Positions 33,801 to 42,923 of a stretch of DNA of 64,000 nt are shown piece after piece. Source of the stretch: Promethearchaeota archaeon (GTDB lineage Archaea > Asgardarchaeota > Lokiarchaeia > Sigyniarchaeales > SOKP01). The translations under genes and the position numbers were made by a program. The notes under the pieces were generated by a model, which made no database searches, was not told the DNA's origin, and saw only the letters and a list, made by a program, of their open reading frames with translations. The stretch is taken from the NCBI GenBank assembly GCA_048938855.1, contig JBHLLT010000005.1, positions 1-64,000 on the forward strand, given 5' to 3'. Positions within the stretch are counted from its first letter, which is position 1. Each line of letters opens with the position of its first letter.

Positions 33801-33907
33801 GAAGATTCAATTAAATAAACTTTATAACCGGAATCGCCTAAATCTAGTGCTGCTTGAGAACCCCCTATTCCAGCACCAACAACCATAACTGCTCCTACTT
33901 TTTCCAT
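30890..33907 (-). CDS. hdrA: large heterodisulfide reductase subunit A-like flavoprotein (two FAD modules)
   Basis: GAGIGG, LDKTFPTNDC, QCVGSR..CSSVCC, CHCGINIG, SCTPRTHE, FYLEAHVKLRP, C-terminal ferredoxin. Confidence 0.92.
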   Translation of the reverse strand: MEKVGAVMVVGAGIGGSQAALDLGDSGYKVYLIESSTSIGGVMAQLDKTFPTNDCAMCIVSPKLVETGRHQNIDLSINCEILDVSGEAGNFIVKVKKKSLYINPDICTGCGVCGRNCPVEAIDIFNEGLAKYHATSVKYPQAVPLVYAINKDYCIGCGVCAGVCKAKAVEYEREDEIIDINVGSIVLAPGFDEFIPKAVNKYGYSTYKNVVTSIEFERILSASGPYAGRVLRPSDGDIPKKVAFLQCVGSRDYSGEGQPYCSSVCCMYTAKEAVIAHEHQHEVKPTIFSMDIRAYGKDFDKYIIRAQEEYGIRYIRSRISSVVEIPETKDLKLRYETEDGKVIEEVFNMVVLGVGLNPPDDAKYLADKFGIELNEFGFAKTDIFNPVQTTKPGIFACGAFSQPKDIPETVTQASAAAGCVNQLLYQKRGTLITEKSLPPEIFVAGQPPRIGVFICHCGINIGGYVDVPEVTKYASTLPNVVIADRNLYTCSADTQGIIKETIEDYHLNRVIVASCTPRTHEPLFQETIREAGLNRYLFQMANIRDQCSWVHMNQPVEATQKAKDLVRMAVNKARRIAPIDRIKLGVTRKAMVIGGGISGITAALNFGSQEIETYLVEKEAELGGFARNIYHTLEGGDVQAYLKEVVEKVKSNKFIHVYTDAEIESLDGYIGNFKTSVIHGPKKERAEFEHGVVVLATGAKEYEPKEFLYGQNNNIILQSKFEELLNTDSILKNKKSVVMIQCVGSRNDEHPYCSKMCCAEAIKNALLVKKLNPSTEVTILFRDIRTYGFKEKYYRQAREEGVIFLRYDEDHPPEIVAEDSKLNVKVKTTKAGDLSIPTDLLVLSAGIVASHEENEELAKMLKVPLNDDNFYLEAHVKLRPVDFATEGVFVAGLAHCPKTIEDSISQANAAVSRACTILSKDEIEAEGKTAVIDMSRCIGCGMCVDNCAYNAIELIEDRRFGLVASINQALCKGCGACSGNCRCSAIDILGFTSEQIYEMITGRIG

Positions 33908-33919
33908 ATTTTATCCTCC

Positions 33920-34681
33920 TTATAATTTGTGAAACATTGGTGTAATTCCAATTATTTCTCCGAAGTCGACTTGACCCCGAGTTTTTAAAACCGTCATATG
34001 ATCTAATACAATACTGGGATCTATATCTAATTCAGCTGCTAAATCCTTTACAGACCTTCTATCCTTTTCTAATGAAATTAAGATTCTATGGCGTTCAAAT
34101 TCTTCTACAATTGCTGAATTAAATATTTCATTAAATTTTTCAAGTGGAACTTTTTCGCCATATACATTTTCTTGTTCTGTAATTTTTCTTTCTCGTCCCA
34201 CAAGAGCTCGCATACGATCGTCTCCCGCAGCATCTTCGATAGCTCTTAATTTCTCAAGAATTTCTTTTTCAGGGTTTTGCCCTCCTGCTGGAGATGGTCC
34301 TAAAGCTCTAATATGTTCTGTAAATTCTGTTATAACAGAAGCATATCTAGCTCCTTCCGAGGCGGATACCCAATCTAATCTTACTCTATTATCAAAATCA
34401 ATAAGTTTTAGGAATCGTTTAACCATATCAAATTTTTTCTCAGCTTCATAATTACCCTCGAGATAATGACAATCTCCTAAATGACATCCTAAAACAATTA
34501 CTCCATCCGCTCCAACTCGGAGAGCTTCAAATATAAACTTGGGGTCTACTCGACCACTACACATAACTCTTATTACTCTAATATTTGGTGGATATTGCAT
34601 TCTACTGACTCCAGCTAAATCTGCTCCTGCATAGGAACACCAATTACATAAGAAACCTAAAATTTTTGGTTCAAAACTCAT
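33920..34681 (-). CDS. mvhD: MvhD with ~120-aa C-terminal extension ending in an HTH-like segment
   Basis: CNWCSYAGADLAG, GCHLGDCHY; extension SVKDLAAELDIDPSIVLDHMTVL. Confidence 0.88.
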   Translation of the reverse strand: MSFEPKILGFLCNWCSYAGADLAGVSRMQYPPNIRVIRVMCSGRVDPKFIFEALRVGADGVIVLGCHLGDCHYLEGNYEAEKKFDMVKRFLKLIDFDNRVRLDWVSASEGARYASVITEFTEHIRALGPSPAGGQNPEKEILEKLRAIEDAAGDDRMRALVGRERKITEQENVYGEKVPLEKFNEIFNSAIVEEFERHRILISLEKDRRSVKDLAAELDIDPSIVLDHMTVLKTRGQVDFGEIIGITPMFHKL

Positions 34682-34684
34682 ATC

Positions 34685-36367
34685 TTATTTACCTCCAAAT
34701 GCATAAATTTCTGATAGTATTTGCTCATCAGTGAAATGTCTTATAATAATTGCGTGATTTGTACAAGTAGCTCCACAAACCCCGCAACCTTTACAAAGAA
34801 CTTGAGTTATTTCGATTTCATCATCCTCATTTTTACTTATAGCTTTATATGGACAAATAGTTACACAAACTTCACATCCAGTACATAAGCTTTTATTATA
34901 TTCTGGTAGAAATGAGGTTGCACCCTCAACTTCAATTGTATCATGGGAGATGATAGTACTTGCTCTAGCCGCTGCTGCATAACCTTGAGTTATTGATTCT
35001 GTAATATCAACAGGCCATTTTGCTGCTCCGCATACAAAAACTCCATCTGTAGCAAAATCCATGGGGCGTAACTTCACATGAGCTTCCAAGAAGAAATTAT
35101 TTGCTTCTAACGGAACCTTTAGTTTTTGAGCTAATTCTTTATTATCATCATTAGCGATTAATGGAGTTGATAAAACGAGGAGATCATAAGGGATACTTAT
35201 GTCTTCGCCAATATATTCATTAAATACTTTTATAGTATTTTCTTCTACAACAGGTAATTTCTCTAAATTGTAACTCATAAAAATAATTCCTGCTTCTCGT
35301 GCTCTCCTATAATATTGTTCATAATAAGTTCCAGGAGTATACAAGTCTCTAAATAGTATTGTAATATTTGCTTCGGGATTCCTTTCTTTGATTAGTAATG
35401 CATTTTTTAAGGCCGTCATGCAACATACATTAGAACAATAGACCCTCTCATCGTTACGAGCGCCTACACATTGTATCATTACAATATTTTGAGCCTTAAC
35501 TTCATTGTTTTTTAGTTTATTTTCTAATTCATATTGAGTAATTCTAATATTCCCATCATAACTAAATTTACCTGTAGGAGTCAATAATGAAGCTCCAACA
35601 GCAACAACAATAACACCTATAGTCAAATTCATACTTTTACCATTCTGATCAACTTCAATCTCATAATTCCCTACGAATCCACCAATATTTTTCACCTTTG
35701 CTGAAGTGTAAACAGTTAAATTAGGATTACTTTCGACTCTTTTCTTCAGACTTGCTAGAAGTTCAGAGGCATCTTGTTTTGTAGGGAATAATTTATTGAT
35801 AATATTAAGTTTCCCACCCAATTGATTTGCTTTTTCTACTAAATGAGTTTCAAATCCCTGATTAGCTAAGCTAAGAGCTGATGTCATTCCTGCAACTCCT
35901 CCTCCTATAACCATAGCTGTGGGAGTTGCATCGACTACAATATTATCGAGTGCCTTAAGTCTAGCTGCTTTAGCCACACCCATTCGAATAACTTCTTTAG
36001 CTTTTTCAAAAGCTTCTTTTGGGTATTTCATATGAACCCATGTACATTGATCTCTGATATTTACAAACTGAAAGAGATATTCATTTAAACCCTCATCTTT
36101 AATACAATCACGAAAGAGAGGTTCATGAGTTCTTGGAGTACATGAAGCAACTACTACCCGATTTAAATTATGTTCTTTTATTCCATTTTTAATTTGGGTT
36201 AATCCTGTTTCTGAACAAGTATATAAATTGTCTTCAGTAAATACCACATTAGGTAAAGTTTTAGCATATTCTGCTACTTCTTTAACATTTATTAATCCAC
36301 CTATATTACTCCCACAACTACAAACGAAAACTCCTATACGGGGTTCTTCTTCTCCTTTTTCAGACAT
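34685..36367 (-). CDS. hdrA: HdrA-like protein (corresponds to C-terminal half of large HdrA; QmoB-like)
   Basis: CSCGSNIG, SCTPRTHE, GGGVAG, QCVGAR..CSNVCC, FFLEAHVKLRP. Confidence 0.88.
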   Translation of the reverse strand: MSEKGEEEPRIGVFVCSCGSNIGGLINVKEVAEYAKTLPNVVFTEDNLYTCSETGLTQIKNGIKEHNLNRVVVASCTPRTHEPLFRDCIKDEGLNEYLFQFVNIRDQCTWVHMKYPKEAFEKAKEVIRMGVAKAARLKALDNIVVDATPTAMVIGGGVAGMTSALSLANQGFETHLVEKANQLGGKLNIINKLFPTKQDASELLASLKKRVESNPNLTVYTSAKVKNIGGFVGNYEIEVDQNGKSMNLTIGVIVVAVGASLLTPTGKFSYDGNIRITQYELENKLKNNEVKAQNIVMIQCVGARNDERVYCSNVCCMTALKNALLIKERNPEANITILFRDLYTPGTYYEQYYRRAREAGIIFMSYNLEKLPVVEENTIKVFNEYIGEDISIPYDLLVLSTPLIANDDNKELAQKLKVPLEANNFFLEAHVKLRPMDFATDGVFVCGAAKWPVDITESITQGYAAAARASTIISHDTIEVEGATSFLPEYNKSLCTGCEVCVTICPYKAISKNEDDEIEITQVLCKGCGVCGATCTNHAIIIRHFTDEQILSEIYAFGGK

Positions 36368-36374
36368 AATCTTT

Positions 36375-37679
36375 TTATCCTCCTTTTATTACTTCTGCTG
36401 CTCTTGCTGCTGCCCCACTTGCTTCAGCAACAGAGCGAGGAATATCCATTGGTTCACGAGCACAACCACATGTGAAAATACCCGCTACACTCGTTTCTAC
36501 CGGAAAGAATGGATCTGTTTTGATAAAATTATATTCATTTAATTCAATTCCTAATGCTTCTGCTAATTTCTCAATCCCTTGAGATGGAATAATACATGTT
36601 GCTAACACAGCTATGTCTACTGTCATCTGTTTAATTTTCCCGGTATCATAATCCTCATAAGTAATGACAGGGTTTTCTTTCTCATCAATATCAATATGAG
36701 ATACTTTACTTTTTATATATTTAATATTATATTCACCTGCGCCTCGTCGGAGAAATGATTGAAATCCTTTCCCACCCGCTCTCATATCAATATAAAACAT
36801 ATATGATTCCAAATCATTATTATGTTCGTATGCTATCATTGCTGCTTTCGTACAATACATGCAGCAGATAGAAGAACAATATTTTTGATCTCTATCCGAT
36901 CGTGAACCTATACATTGTAAAAACGCTAATTTTTTTGGCTCTTCACCATCAGATAACCTTCTTAAGTGACCGTCAAGAGGTCCTGAAGCACAAATTAATC
37001 GTTCAAATTCTAAAGAAGTTACCACATTTTTATGTTTCTTATAACCATATTTTGTAAGTGGATTGACGTCTTCCATTAAACCGTAGCCGGGCGCAACAAT
37101 TATACAACCAATATTTTCTATTTCTAAAATTTCATCTTTTTGTGTAAGATCTATAGCTTCTGCACCGCAATTCGTAGCACATAACCCACATATACCATAA
37201 TTTAGATATACACATGAATTCTTATCGACAATATGAACAGGAGGAACTGCTGAAGGAAAGGGTATGTAAACAGCTGCCATATTTTTTAAATTAGCATCAA
37301 AGTAATTTGGAATCCCTCGTACAGGGCAAATTTTAGCACAATCCCCACAATTTGTACAAGCATCCTCTTTTACAAAACGAGCACGTTTAAGAACTTCTAC
37401 TGCAAAATCCCCACTTGTACCCTCTATCTTTTGTACTTCTGAAAGAGTATAAAGATTAATATTTGGATGTCTATAACATTCCGATAATTTCGGTGCCAAA
37501 ATACAAATTGAACAGTCTAAAGTTGGAAATGTTTTGTCTAATTGTGCCATTTTTCCTCCAATAACGGGACTTTTTTCAATTAAATGGACTTTTATTCCCA
37601 TATCTCCCAAATCCAACGCTGCTTGAATTCCTGCAATACCTGCTCCAATAATAAGAGCACTTTTAGAATTTTCTACCAT
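36375..37679 (-). CDS. hdrA: HdrA-like protein (corresponds to N-terminal half of large HdrA; QmoA-like with ferredoxin insert)
   Basis: GAGIAG, LDKTFPTLDC, QCIGSR..CSSICC, PMDIPRSV. Confidence 0.88.
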   Translation of the reverse strand: MVENSKSALIIGAGIAGIQAALDLGDMGIKVHLIEKSPVIGGKMAQLDKTFPTLDCSICILAPKLSECYRHPNINLYTLSEVQKIEGTSGDFAVEVLKRARFVKEDACTNCGDCAKICPVRGIPNYFDANLKNMAAVYIPFPSAVPPVHIVDKNSCVYLNYGICGLCATNCGAEAIDLTQKDEILEIENIGCIIVAPGYGLMEDVNPLTKYGYKKHKNVVTSLEFERLICASGPLDGHLRRLSDGEEPKKLAFLQCIGSRSDRDQKYCSSICCMYCTKAAMIAYEHNNDLESYMFYIDMRAGGKGFQSFLRRGAGEYNIKYIKSKVSHIDIDEKENPVITYEDYDTGKIKQMTVDIAVLATCIIPSQGIEKLAEALGIELNEYNFIKTDPFFPVETSVAGIFTCGCAREPMDIPRSVAEASGAAARAAEVIKGG

Positions 37680-37696
37680 TCAAAACACCATTTTAT

Positions 37697-38794
37697 TTAT
37701 TTTTTACTAACCTTATCTGTTGTCATTCTTTTTAATAAATCAAGCTTGCTTCCTTTCCATACATCTATAGGTGACTTTGTCGGAACAAACCTTTGCACAT
37801 ATCCGTCATTAATAGCATTGGTAATTAATTCTTGACCATTTACTGTTCTAACGATTATCATTGAATTCTGTTGGACTGCTCCAGAACCACCAAAACTGAT
37901 ATCTGCAAATCGACTTGTAAATTCATCACATTCTTTACAGTGATTTCTTACAGCTGGATCGAATTTATGAAGTTCAACTTCCTTGACTTCATTAGCTTTG
38001 TTAGTAATAAAGAAATTCTTTTTAATATTCATCTTAGCTATATCCTTCGGTTCTAATCCAGTTTCAACTTTTACAAGCTCAAATAATTTGTCATAATCAT
38101 AGTTCTCCATACAGAACAGACCAAAAACATATTTAATAACATGAGTGGGGCTGATGTTTAAAAGTTGCATTTTTCGCACGGCTCTGCATTGACATGGAGT
38201 TCCAACAAAAGCCATACGTAATTGGTTAATATCATAAATTTGATGGTGTTTTTCTACTATATCTTCGGCGATCTCATACAAATCTTTTAATGGAAGTAGG
38301 TTTGATGAGATTGTATATCTGGTACCAGAAGATTTAAATAAGTCTTCTTTATTATAGATGATCTTAGGAATAGGTTTTAGATTATCATCAAACTCCGAAA
38401 CAACTGCACCATCAATTTCATTTTTATCAAATAAATACATTAAAAGAGAGGTAACTAAACCCCCATCTTGTCCAACTTCTTTTATTTTTGCATCAGTAGT
38501 CTTTGCTGCAAGTATATCGGTGACATAGCCCATTTCATCTTTAATTTTATACTGATTTTTTATCTTTTCCATTAAAGGATCAGTTTGTGGACAAATATAA
38601 TAACAATACCCACACTCTTTACAGTTCTCAACACTTTTATCCGTTTTAAACTTAGGGGTATAATTATCCATCTCAATAACATCAAATGCTTGACTTTCAC
38701 AATATGCTATGCAAGCACCGCAAGCACAACATCTATTTACTGAGATTACATCATTTTCTAAATTCTCAAATGTCTTTTTTTCTGCTAATCCCAT
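37697..38794 (-). CDS. FrhB/FdhB-type F420-binding subunit with N-terminal 2x[4Fe-4S]
   Basis: CCACGAC, GQDGGLVT, VGTPCQ, GLFCMENY, CKECDEF..ADISFG. Confidence 0.87.
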   Translation of the reverse strand: MGLAEKKTFENLENDVISVNRCCACGACIAYCESQAFDVIEMDNYTPKFKTDKSVENCKECGYCYYICPQTDPLMEKIKNQYKIKDEMGYVTDILAAKTTDAKIKEVGQDGGLVTSLLMYLFDKNEIDGAVVSEFDDNLKPIPKIIYNKEDLFKSSGTRYTISSNLLPLKDLYEIAEDIVEKHHQIYDINQLRMAFVGTPCQCRAVRKMQLLNISPTHVIKYVFGLFCMENYDYDKLFELVKVETGLEPKDIAKMNIKKNFFITNKANEVKEVELHKFDPAVRNHCKECDEFTSRFADISFGGSGAVQQNSMIIVRTVNGQELITNAINDGYVQRFVPTKSPIDVWKGSKLDLLKRMTTDKVSKK

Positions 38795-38851
38795 TTTTAG
38801 CCAATTATTTGTTTTAAATTAATTATTTTATTGAATAAAATTTATAATATT

Positions 38852-39715
38852 CTAAAATCCTTCTAATAATTCTTTAGCTTTAACTCGATGAAAATTAAAC
38901 CCTAGTTCTTCAGGTTTAAAACCAAAAGCAAGTGCTACTAGTTCCGAAAGATAGAAAACTGGAAAATCATAACCAACTTCTTTATCTTTACTCAATTCTC
39001 GTTGATTAAAATCAAATTGTTGAAAACATGCTGGACATACAAGGGTGATACAATTTGCCCCTGATTCCTGGATGGATTTGAATTTATTATCGATCATTTT
39101 AAGTGAGATGTCCTTATCTGATTTCTCAAGAGGATTTCCACAACATTCCATTTTCATCTCGTAATCTAAGGAATCTGCCCCTAATGCTCTAACAATTTCA
39201 TCAATAGTTAATGGATTAAAAGGATCATCCCAATTAATAACCTCAGAAGGTCTTAAATAATGACACCCATAATGAACTGCTACTTTAAATCCGTTTAACG
39301 GATGTACTACGTTCTCTCTAACTTTATCAAGGTTTTCATATAGAACCTGAGCAAAATGCTTTACTTCTGTGGTTCCATCATATTTTTTCCCAACTTTCTT
39401 TAAAATGGTATTTACTTCATCCTTGACTTCTGAATCATTTCTAATACTGTAATTCACTCCTTTAAGAGTTTCTACACACCCAGAACAAAATGATACAATT
39501 CCGCCATTATTATTTGATAAACTTAAATTTCTAGCTCCTAATGCTAACCAGGTTTTATGATCTATAAGTTCTATCCCTGTAGGATCGGGACAACAACTGA
39601 ATCCATCAACATCGTTTAATTTAATTCCCAACTTCTCAAATATTTTTCTTGAGGATGCTTCTAAGAATGGAAGCCTCGCTGGAATCACACACCCTAAAAA
39701 TAAATCATACGACAT
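38852..39715 (-). CDS. hdrB: heterodisulfide reductase subunit B
   Basis: FLGC, SCCP, HYGCHYLRP, CCG, CPACFQQFD. Confidence 0.92.
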   Translation of the reverse strand: MSYDLFLGCVIPARLPFLEASSRKIFEKLGIKLNDVDGFSCCPDPTGIELIDHKTWLALGARNLSLSNNNGGIVSFCSGCVETLKGVNYSIRNDSEVKDEVNTILKKVGKKYDGTTEVKHFAQVLYENLDKVRENVVHPLNGFKVAVHYGCHYLRPSEVINWDDPFNPLTIDEIVRALGADSLDYEMKMECCGNPLEKSDKDISLKMIDNKFKSIQESGANCITLVCPACFQQFDFNQRELSKDKEVGYDFPVFYLSELVALAFGFKPEELGFNFHRVKAKELLEGF

Positions 39716-39718
39716 TTT

Positions 39719-40216
39719 TTATGCCCCCTCCTTTGGTATATTACTTTCAAAATTAGTTTCTTTTAATATCTTCTTAATTTCATCAACAGGTGCTGTTTTT
39801 ATTGATGGAAGTCCCAATTTCTCCCGTCTGGTTATAATGGCTTTCGAGTATGGAAGCGCAACTCCGTTTTCGAGAACAGCTCTTCCTTGTGAGATAAAAG
39901 CCTCAGGAACATTCCCCGTATCAAAGCACTTATTTTTGATTAATGTAAAAATTTCAGTTAGCTCGACTTTTTGAGGACATAACTCAACACAAGTCTGACA
40001 AGTAGAACAAAGCCAAGGATTAGGATCTTGCTTTTCTACCAGCTTATCTTGTAATCCTAAAATGGCTTCTTCAATAATCTTTCGAGGATTATAACTTCCT
40101 TGAGTAATCAGAGCAACAGGGCAACCACCACTACAAGTACTACATTGATAGCAGTAGCTTAAAGAAGCATTATGTTTCAATACCTCATTTCGAAACTCAA
40201 AATTTATTACAGACAT
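39719..40216 (-). CDS. hdrC: heterodisulfide reductase subunit C
   Basis: CYQCSTCSGGCP, WLCSTCQTCVELCP. Confidence 0.92.
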   Translation of the reverse strand: MSVINFEFRNEVLKHNASLSYCYQCSTCSGGCPVALITQGSYNPRKIIEEAILGLQDKLVEKQDPNPWLCSTCQTCVELCPQKVELTEIFTLIKNKCFDTGNVPEAFISQGRAVLENGVALPYSKAIITRREKLGLPSIKTAPVDEIKKILKETNFESNIPKEGA

Positions 40217-40448
40217 GTCTAAAAGTTTTAATTTCCATCTACTTAGATGGTTAGTAAAATAATAGAGATTTAATAAATTTTTTAGAAAATTTCAATAACC
40301 AAATCGTTTATATTAGTTATACATTATCGAAATCATTAGCTTCATAGCCCAAATTGACAACCACATTCCCCTAATCGAATATTTCTTTTAATGTTGGTAA
40401 TTTTTTGTTCCCTGGTTTTTGGAATGATACATAAAAAATAAATTTGCT

Positions 40449-40634
40449 GATCAAGGGCGATCATAAACCCTTAAAATTGTTTAAGAATTCTAATTATAGT
40501 TTTCATGATCGATCATAAAAATCATTCTGATCGATCTCAGTAATTTTAATGATTCTTTATGAAAAAAAATGCTTTTTTTCTCTATGACTGATCAAGATCT
40601 ATCACATGGATCCAATAATCGACATCACATGATC
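40449..40634. promoter_or_regulatory. GATC-dense regulatory region (10 GATC in 186 bp) between hdrC and a divergent small ORF
   Basis: GATC at 40449, 40459, 40507, 40511, 40529, 40533, 40590, 40596, 40609 and 40631. Confidence 0.6.
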
Positions 40635-40782
40635 GATTTTTTCACTAAATATCATTTTCGAAACATAAAATGTCGAAAAGCGGTAATATTTAAATATGAA
40701 AAGTGATAATTATATTTTAGTGATAAATTATAATTAATATTATGAGAAGTTTTATAAAAAATTAATATATAATTTATAAGAA

Positions 40783-41052
40783 GTGATAAAAAAAATGTGT
40801 AATAATTGTAATTGCGATTCATATGACCAATGTTCTATAGTAGGTTATATGCCCATTGGATTCTGTTGTACTAGGTGCTATCTATATGATGAGGTGCACA
40901 CATGTCTAGAATGCTCGGTGAAAGGGAAAGTCTCGAAAATTGAGGCTGTTAGTGCGAAAATTGAAGATGGCGTTTTAAAAGTCGTAGTTAAGAAGGATGA
41001 GAAGGAAGTACCTTTAATAATTGACTTAGATAAACAGCTTGGTTCTGAGTAG
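40783..41052 (+). CDS. small Cys-rich protein with HSP20-like C-terminal motif
   Basis: 9 Cys in first 44 aa; VSAKIEDGVLKVVVKK; start could be ATG at 40795. Confidence 0.7.
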   Translation: MIKKMCNNCNCDSYDQCSIVGYMPIGFCCTRCYLYDEVHTCLECSVKGKVSKIEAVSAKIEDGVLKVVVKKDEKEVPLIIDLDKQLGSE

Positions 41053-41098
41053 AATTTAAAATAATTATTTATGATATTTTCCTTTGTTCGAGTTACTT

Positions 41099-41143
41099 GA
41101 TCAGTTCCCTGACAAACCCTTGAATAGAATGAGTGTGTGAGGT
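41099..41143 (+). repeat. 45-bp element, copy 1 (inverted copy at 49239-49283)
   Basis: GATCAGTTCCCTGACAAACCCTTGAATAGAATGAGTGTGTGAGGT; 44/45 identical to the reverse complement of copy 2. Confidence 0.92.
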
Positions 41144-41224
41144 ATTTAGTCATCGGAAAGATTTAGGGGTTCACCTATTTTTTATATGCTATCTAAATCT
41201 TATATTAAATTATTGGTTTGAGCT

Positions 41225-41656
41225 TCAAATTTTATTTCGGTCCATTATTGTTAATTCCATCACAATTTGACCCCATCCACCACATTTCAGTCCAACATCA
41301 AAGCAACTTGATCTCTTAAAACGCATATTATTTGGATTTACACCAGCCATTAGTAATTCACCAGCTGCAAATATCACTTTGTCTAATTCTGCCAATGCAT
41401 AAATACAAATTTTTTTCGGACTAAGTTTTGTTAGAAGATTCCCTGCACCATCAAAATAAAATTTATCTCCTACTTTATGTTGGCTATTACACCCATGAGA
41501 TTTTATTACTTCAATGACAAAAGTTTTTCCAATTAATTTAAATGAATTTGATAACACATCATGATTTCGGGGATTTTCAAGAAATAACTCCAATTCTTCA
41601 GTGGTATAACCGAAATTATTCTTAATATTTTCTTTCATCTCCTCACTAATTTTCAT
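41225..41656 (-). CDS. conserved hypothetical Cys-containing protein (TIGR04076-like)
   Basis: GCNSQHKVGDKF, ICIYAL, SCFDVG..CGGWG. Confidence 0.65.
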   Translation of the reverse strand: MKISEEMKENIKNNFGYTTEELELFLENPRNHDVLSNSFKLIGKTFVIEVIKSHGCNSQHKVGDKFYFDGAGNLLTKLSPKKICIYALAELDKVIFAAGELLMAGVNPNNMRFKRSSCFDVGLKCGGWGQIVMELTIMDRNKI

Positions 41657-41660
41657 AAAT

Positions 41661-42776
41661 TCACCGCTTTTTAGTTTGTGCTAATTCTGCTTTTGCATTC
41701 ATAATCGCTATGTAAGTTTCCTTTGTGTTCGATGGTGGTATTACTTCTAACTCGTTCTTTACTAATTTTATCGCATCTTCGGGACATGTAGGAATGCATA
41801 CTCCACACCCAATACATCTCTCTAAATTTATTTGACTTAAATCCTCAATTATGGATATCGCATCCATATTACATCTCTCCTCACAAGTTCCACATCCTAA
41901 ACATAAATCACTATCAATAGTTGCATGGAAATTAGTTGCAAAAAGTCTAGCAGGGTTATCAAAACGTTTTTGATTTGTTAATACTTCACAACAGCAACCA
42001 CAACAATTACATATTACAAAAGGTTTTTGAGAATTTGATGGTTGAGGTACTAAGCCAACTTCTTCAAACTCCCTTATTAATTCATAGGCTTTTTCTTTTG
42101 AAATGAACTCCGCTTCTCCTTTTTCATAGAATGTTTTAGCGGCAGATCCAAATGTCATACATGTTTTTCTGAGATCTGTTTTTTTACAAGGATCATCAAT
42201 CATATCATGGGCTTTACGACAAATACAATCCATTATACCAATATAGCTGGACATGTCAATTATTTCTCGAATCTGATCGTATGAGGCAATATTCATATCA
42301 ACAAGAACAGCTTTTTCAACTGGGATAGTGCGCAGTTGAGGAATACCTGAGATGTTATATTCCTTTTCAAAATAAGCTTCTTTGAAATACTGAAAGACAT
42401 TAGTTATCAATTCTGGAGTAAGACGACCTAATTGGAATTCATATATGCCAGGAACAAAAGGAGCCAGCAAAAATAATTTTTCACCATTATTCAACGCCCT
42501 TATAATAGTACCTTTTTCATACATCTTTTCTAATTTATTTTCTAATTCTTCTAAAGATAGATCTTTATTCCTTAATTTCCGATGAACTTTTTTTAGCTGC
42601 TGTGGTGTAAAGTTGAGCTTCATAGCCAATTGCGCTTCTTCTTCAGTAAATAACAATTTTAATATTTCAATTTCAACTCCGGAATTAGAAGTTGGAAGTC
42701 CTACAGGCATTTTATTAATATAATCTAACAATTCAAAATAAATACTATTAGATTCACTCATTTTGTATATCACCAT
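41661..42776 (-). CDS. 4Fe-4S ferredoxin-domain protein (paralog of 21804..22922)
   Basis: CICRK, CNCCGCCC, two CxxCxxCxxxC motifs. Confidence 0.85.
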   Translation of the reverse strand: MVIYKMSESNSIYFELLDYINKMPVGLPTSNSGVEIEILKLLFTEEEAQLAMKLNFTPQQLKKVHRKLRNKDLSLEELENKLEKMYEKGTIIRALNNGEKLFLLAPFVPGIYEFQLGRLTPELITNVFQYFKEAYFEKEYNISGIPQLRTIPVEKAVLVDMNIASYDQIREIIDMSSYIGIMDCICRKAHDMIDDPCKKTDLRKTCMTFGSAAKTFYEKGEAEFISKEKAYELIREFEEVGLVPQPSNSQKPFVICNCCGCCCEVLTNQKRFDNPARLFATNFHATIDSDLCLGCGTCEERCNMDAISIIEDLSQINLERCIGCGVCIPTCPEDAIKLVKNELEVIPPSNTKETYIAIMNAKAELAQTKKR

Positions 42777-42809
42777 TTTATGAATTATATAAAAAGCTCT
42801 TTATAATCG

Positions 42810-42844
42810 TTAATCGATCAAAAACAACTAAATTTAAGTTGTAA
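42810..42844. promoter_or_regulatory. candidate operator, copy 1 (copy 2 at 44959-44993)
   Basis: TTAATCGATCAAAAACAACTAAATTTAAGTTGTAA; 32/35 identical to copy 2; contains dyad ACAACT-N7-AGTTGT. Confidence 0.65.
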
Positions 42845-42923
42845 TTCGATTGCTTTTTCTCTCAGAAAAGAAATTTTATTGTTCAATAACCTTAATGATT
42901 TACAATAAGAAATTGAAAAAAAA

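Noticed and set aside
30416-37679. Selenocysteine recoding in HdrA/MvhD (known in some Lokiarchaeia and Methanococcales)
   Set aside because: All ORFs are uninterrupted and the relevant positions are Cys (DCAMC, DCSIC, CNWC, GCH); no in-frame TGA readthrough is needed.
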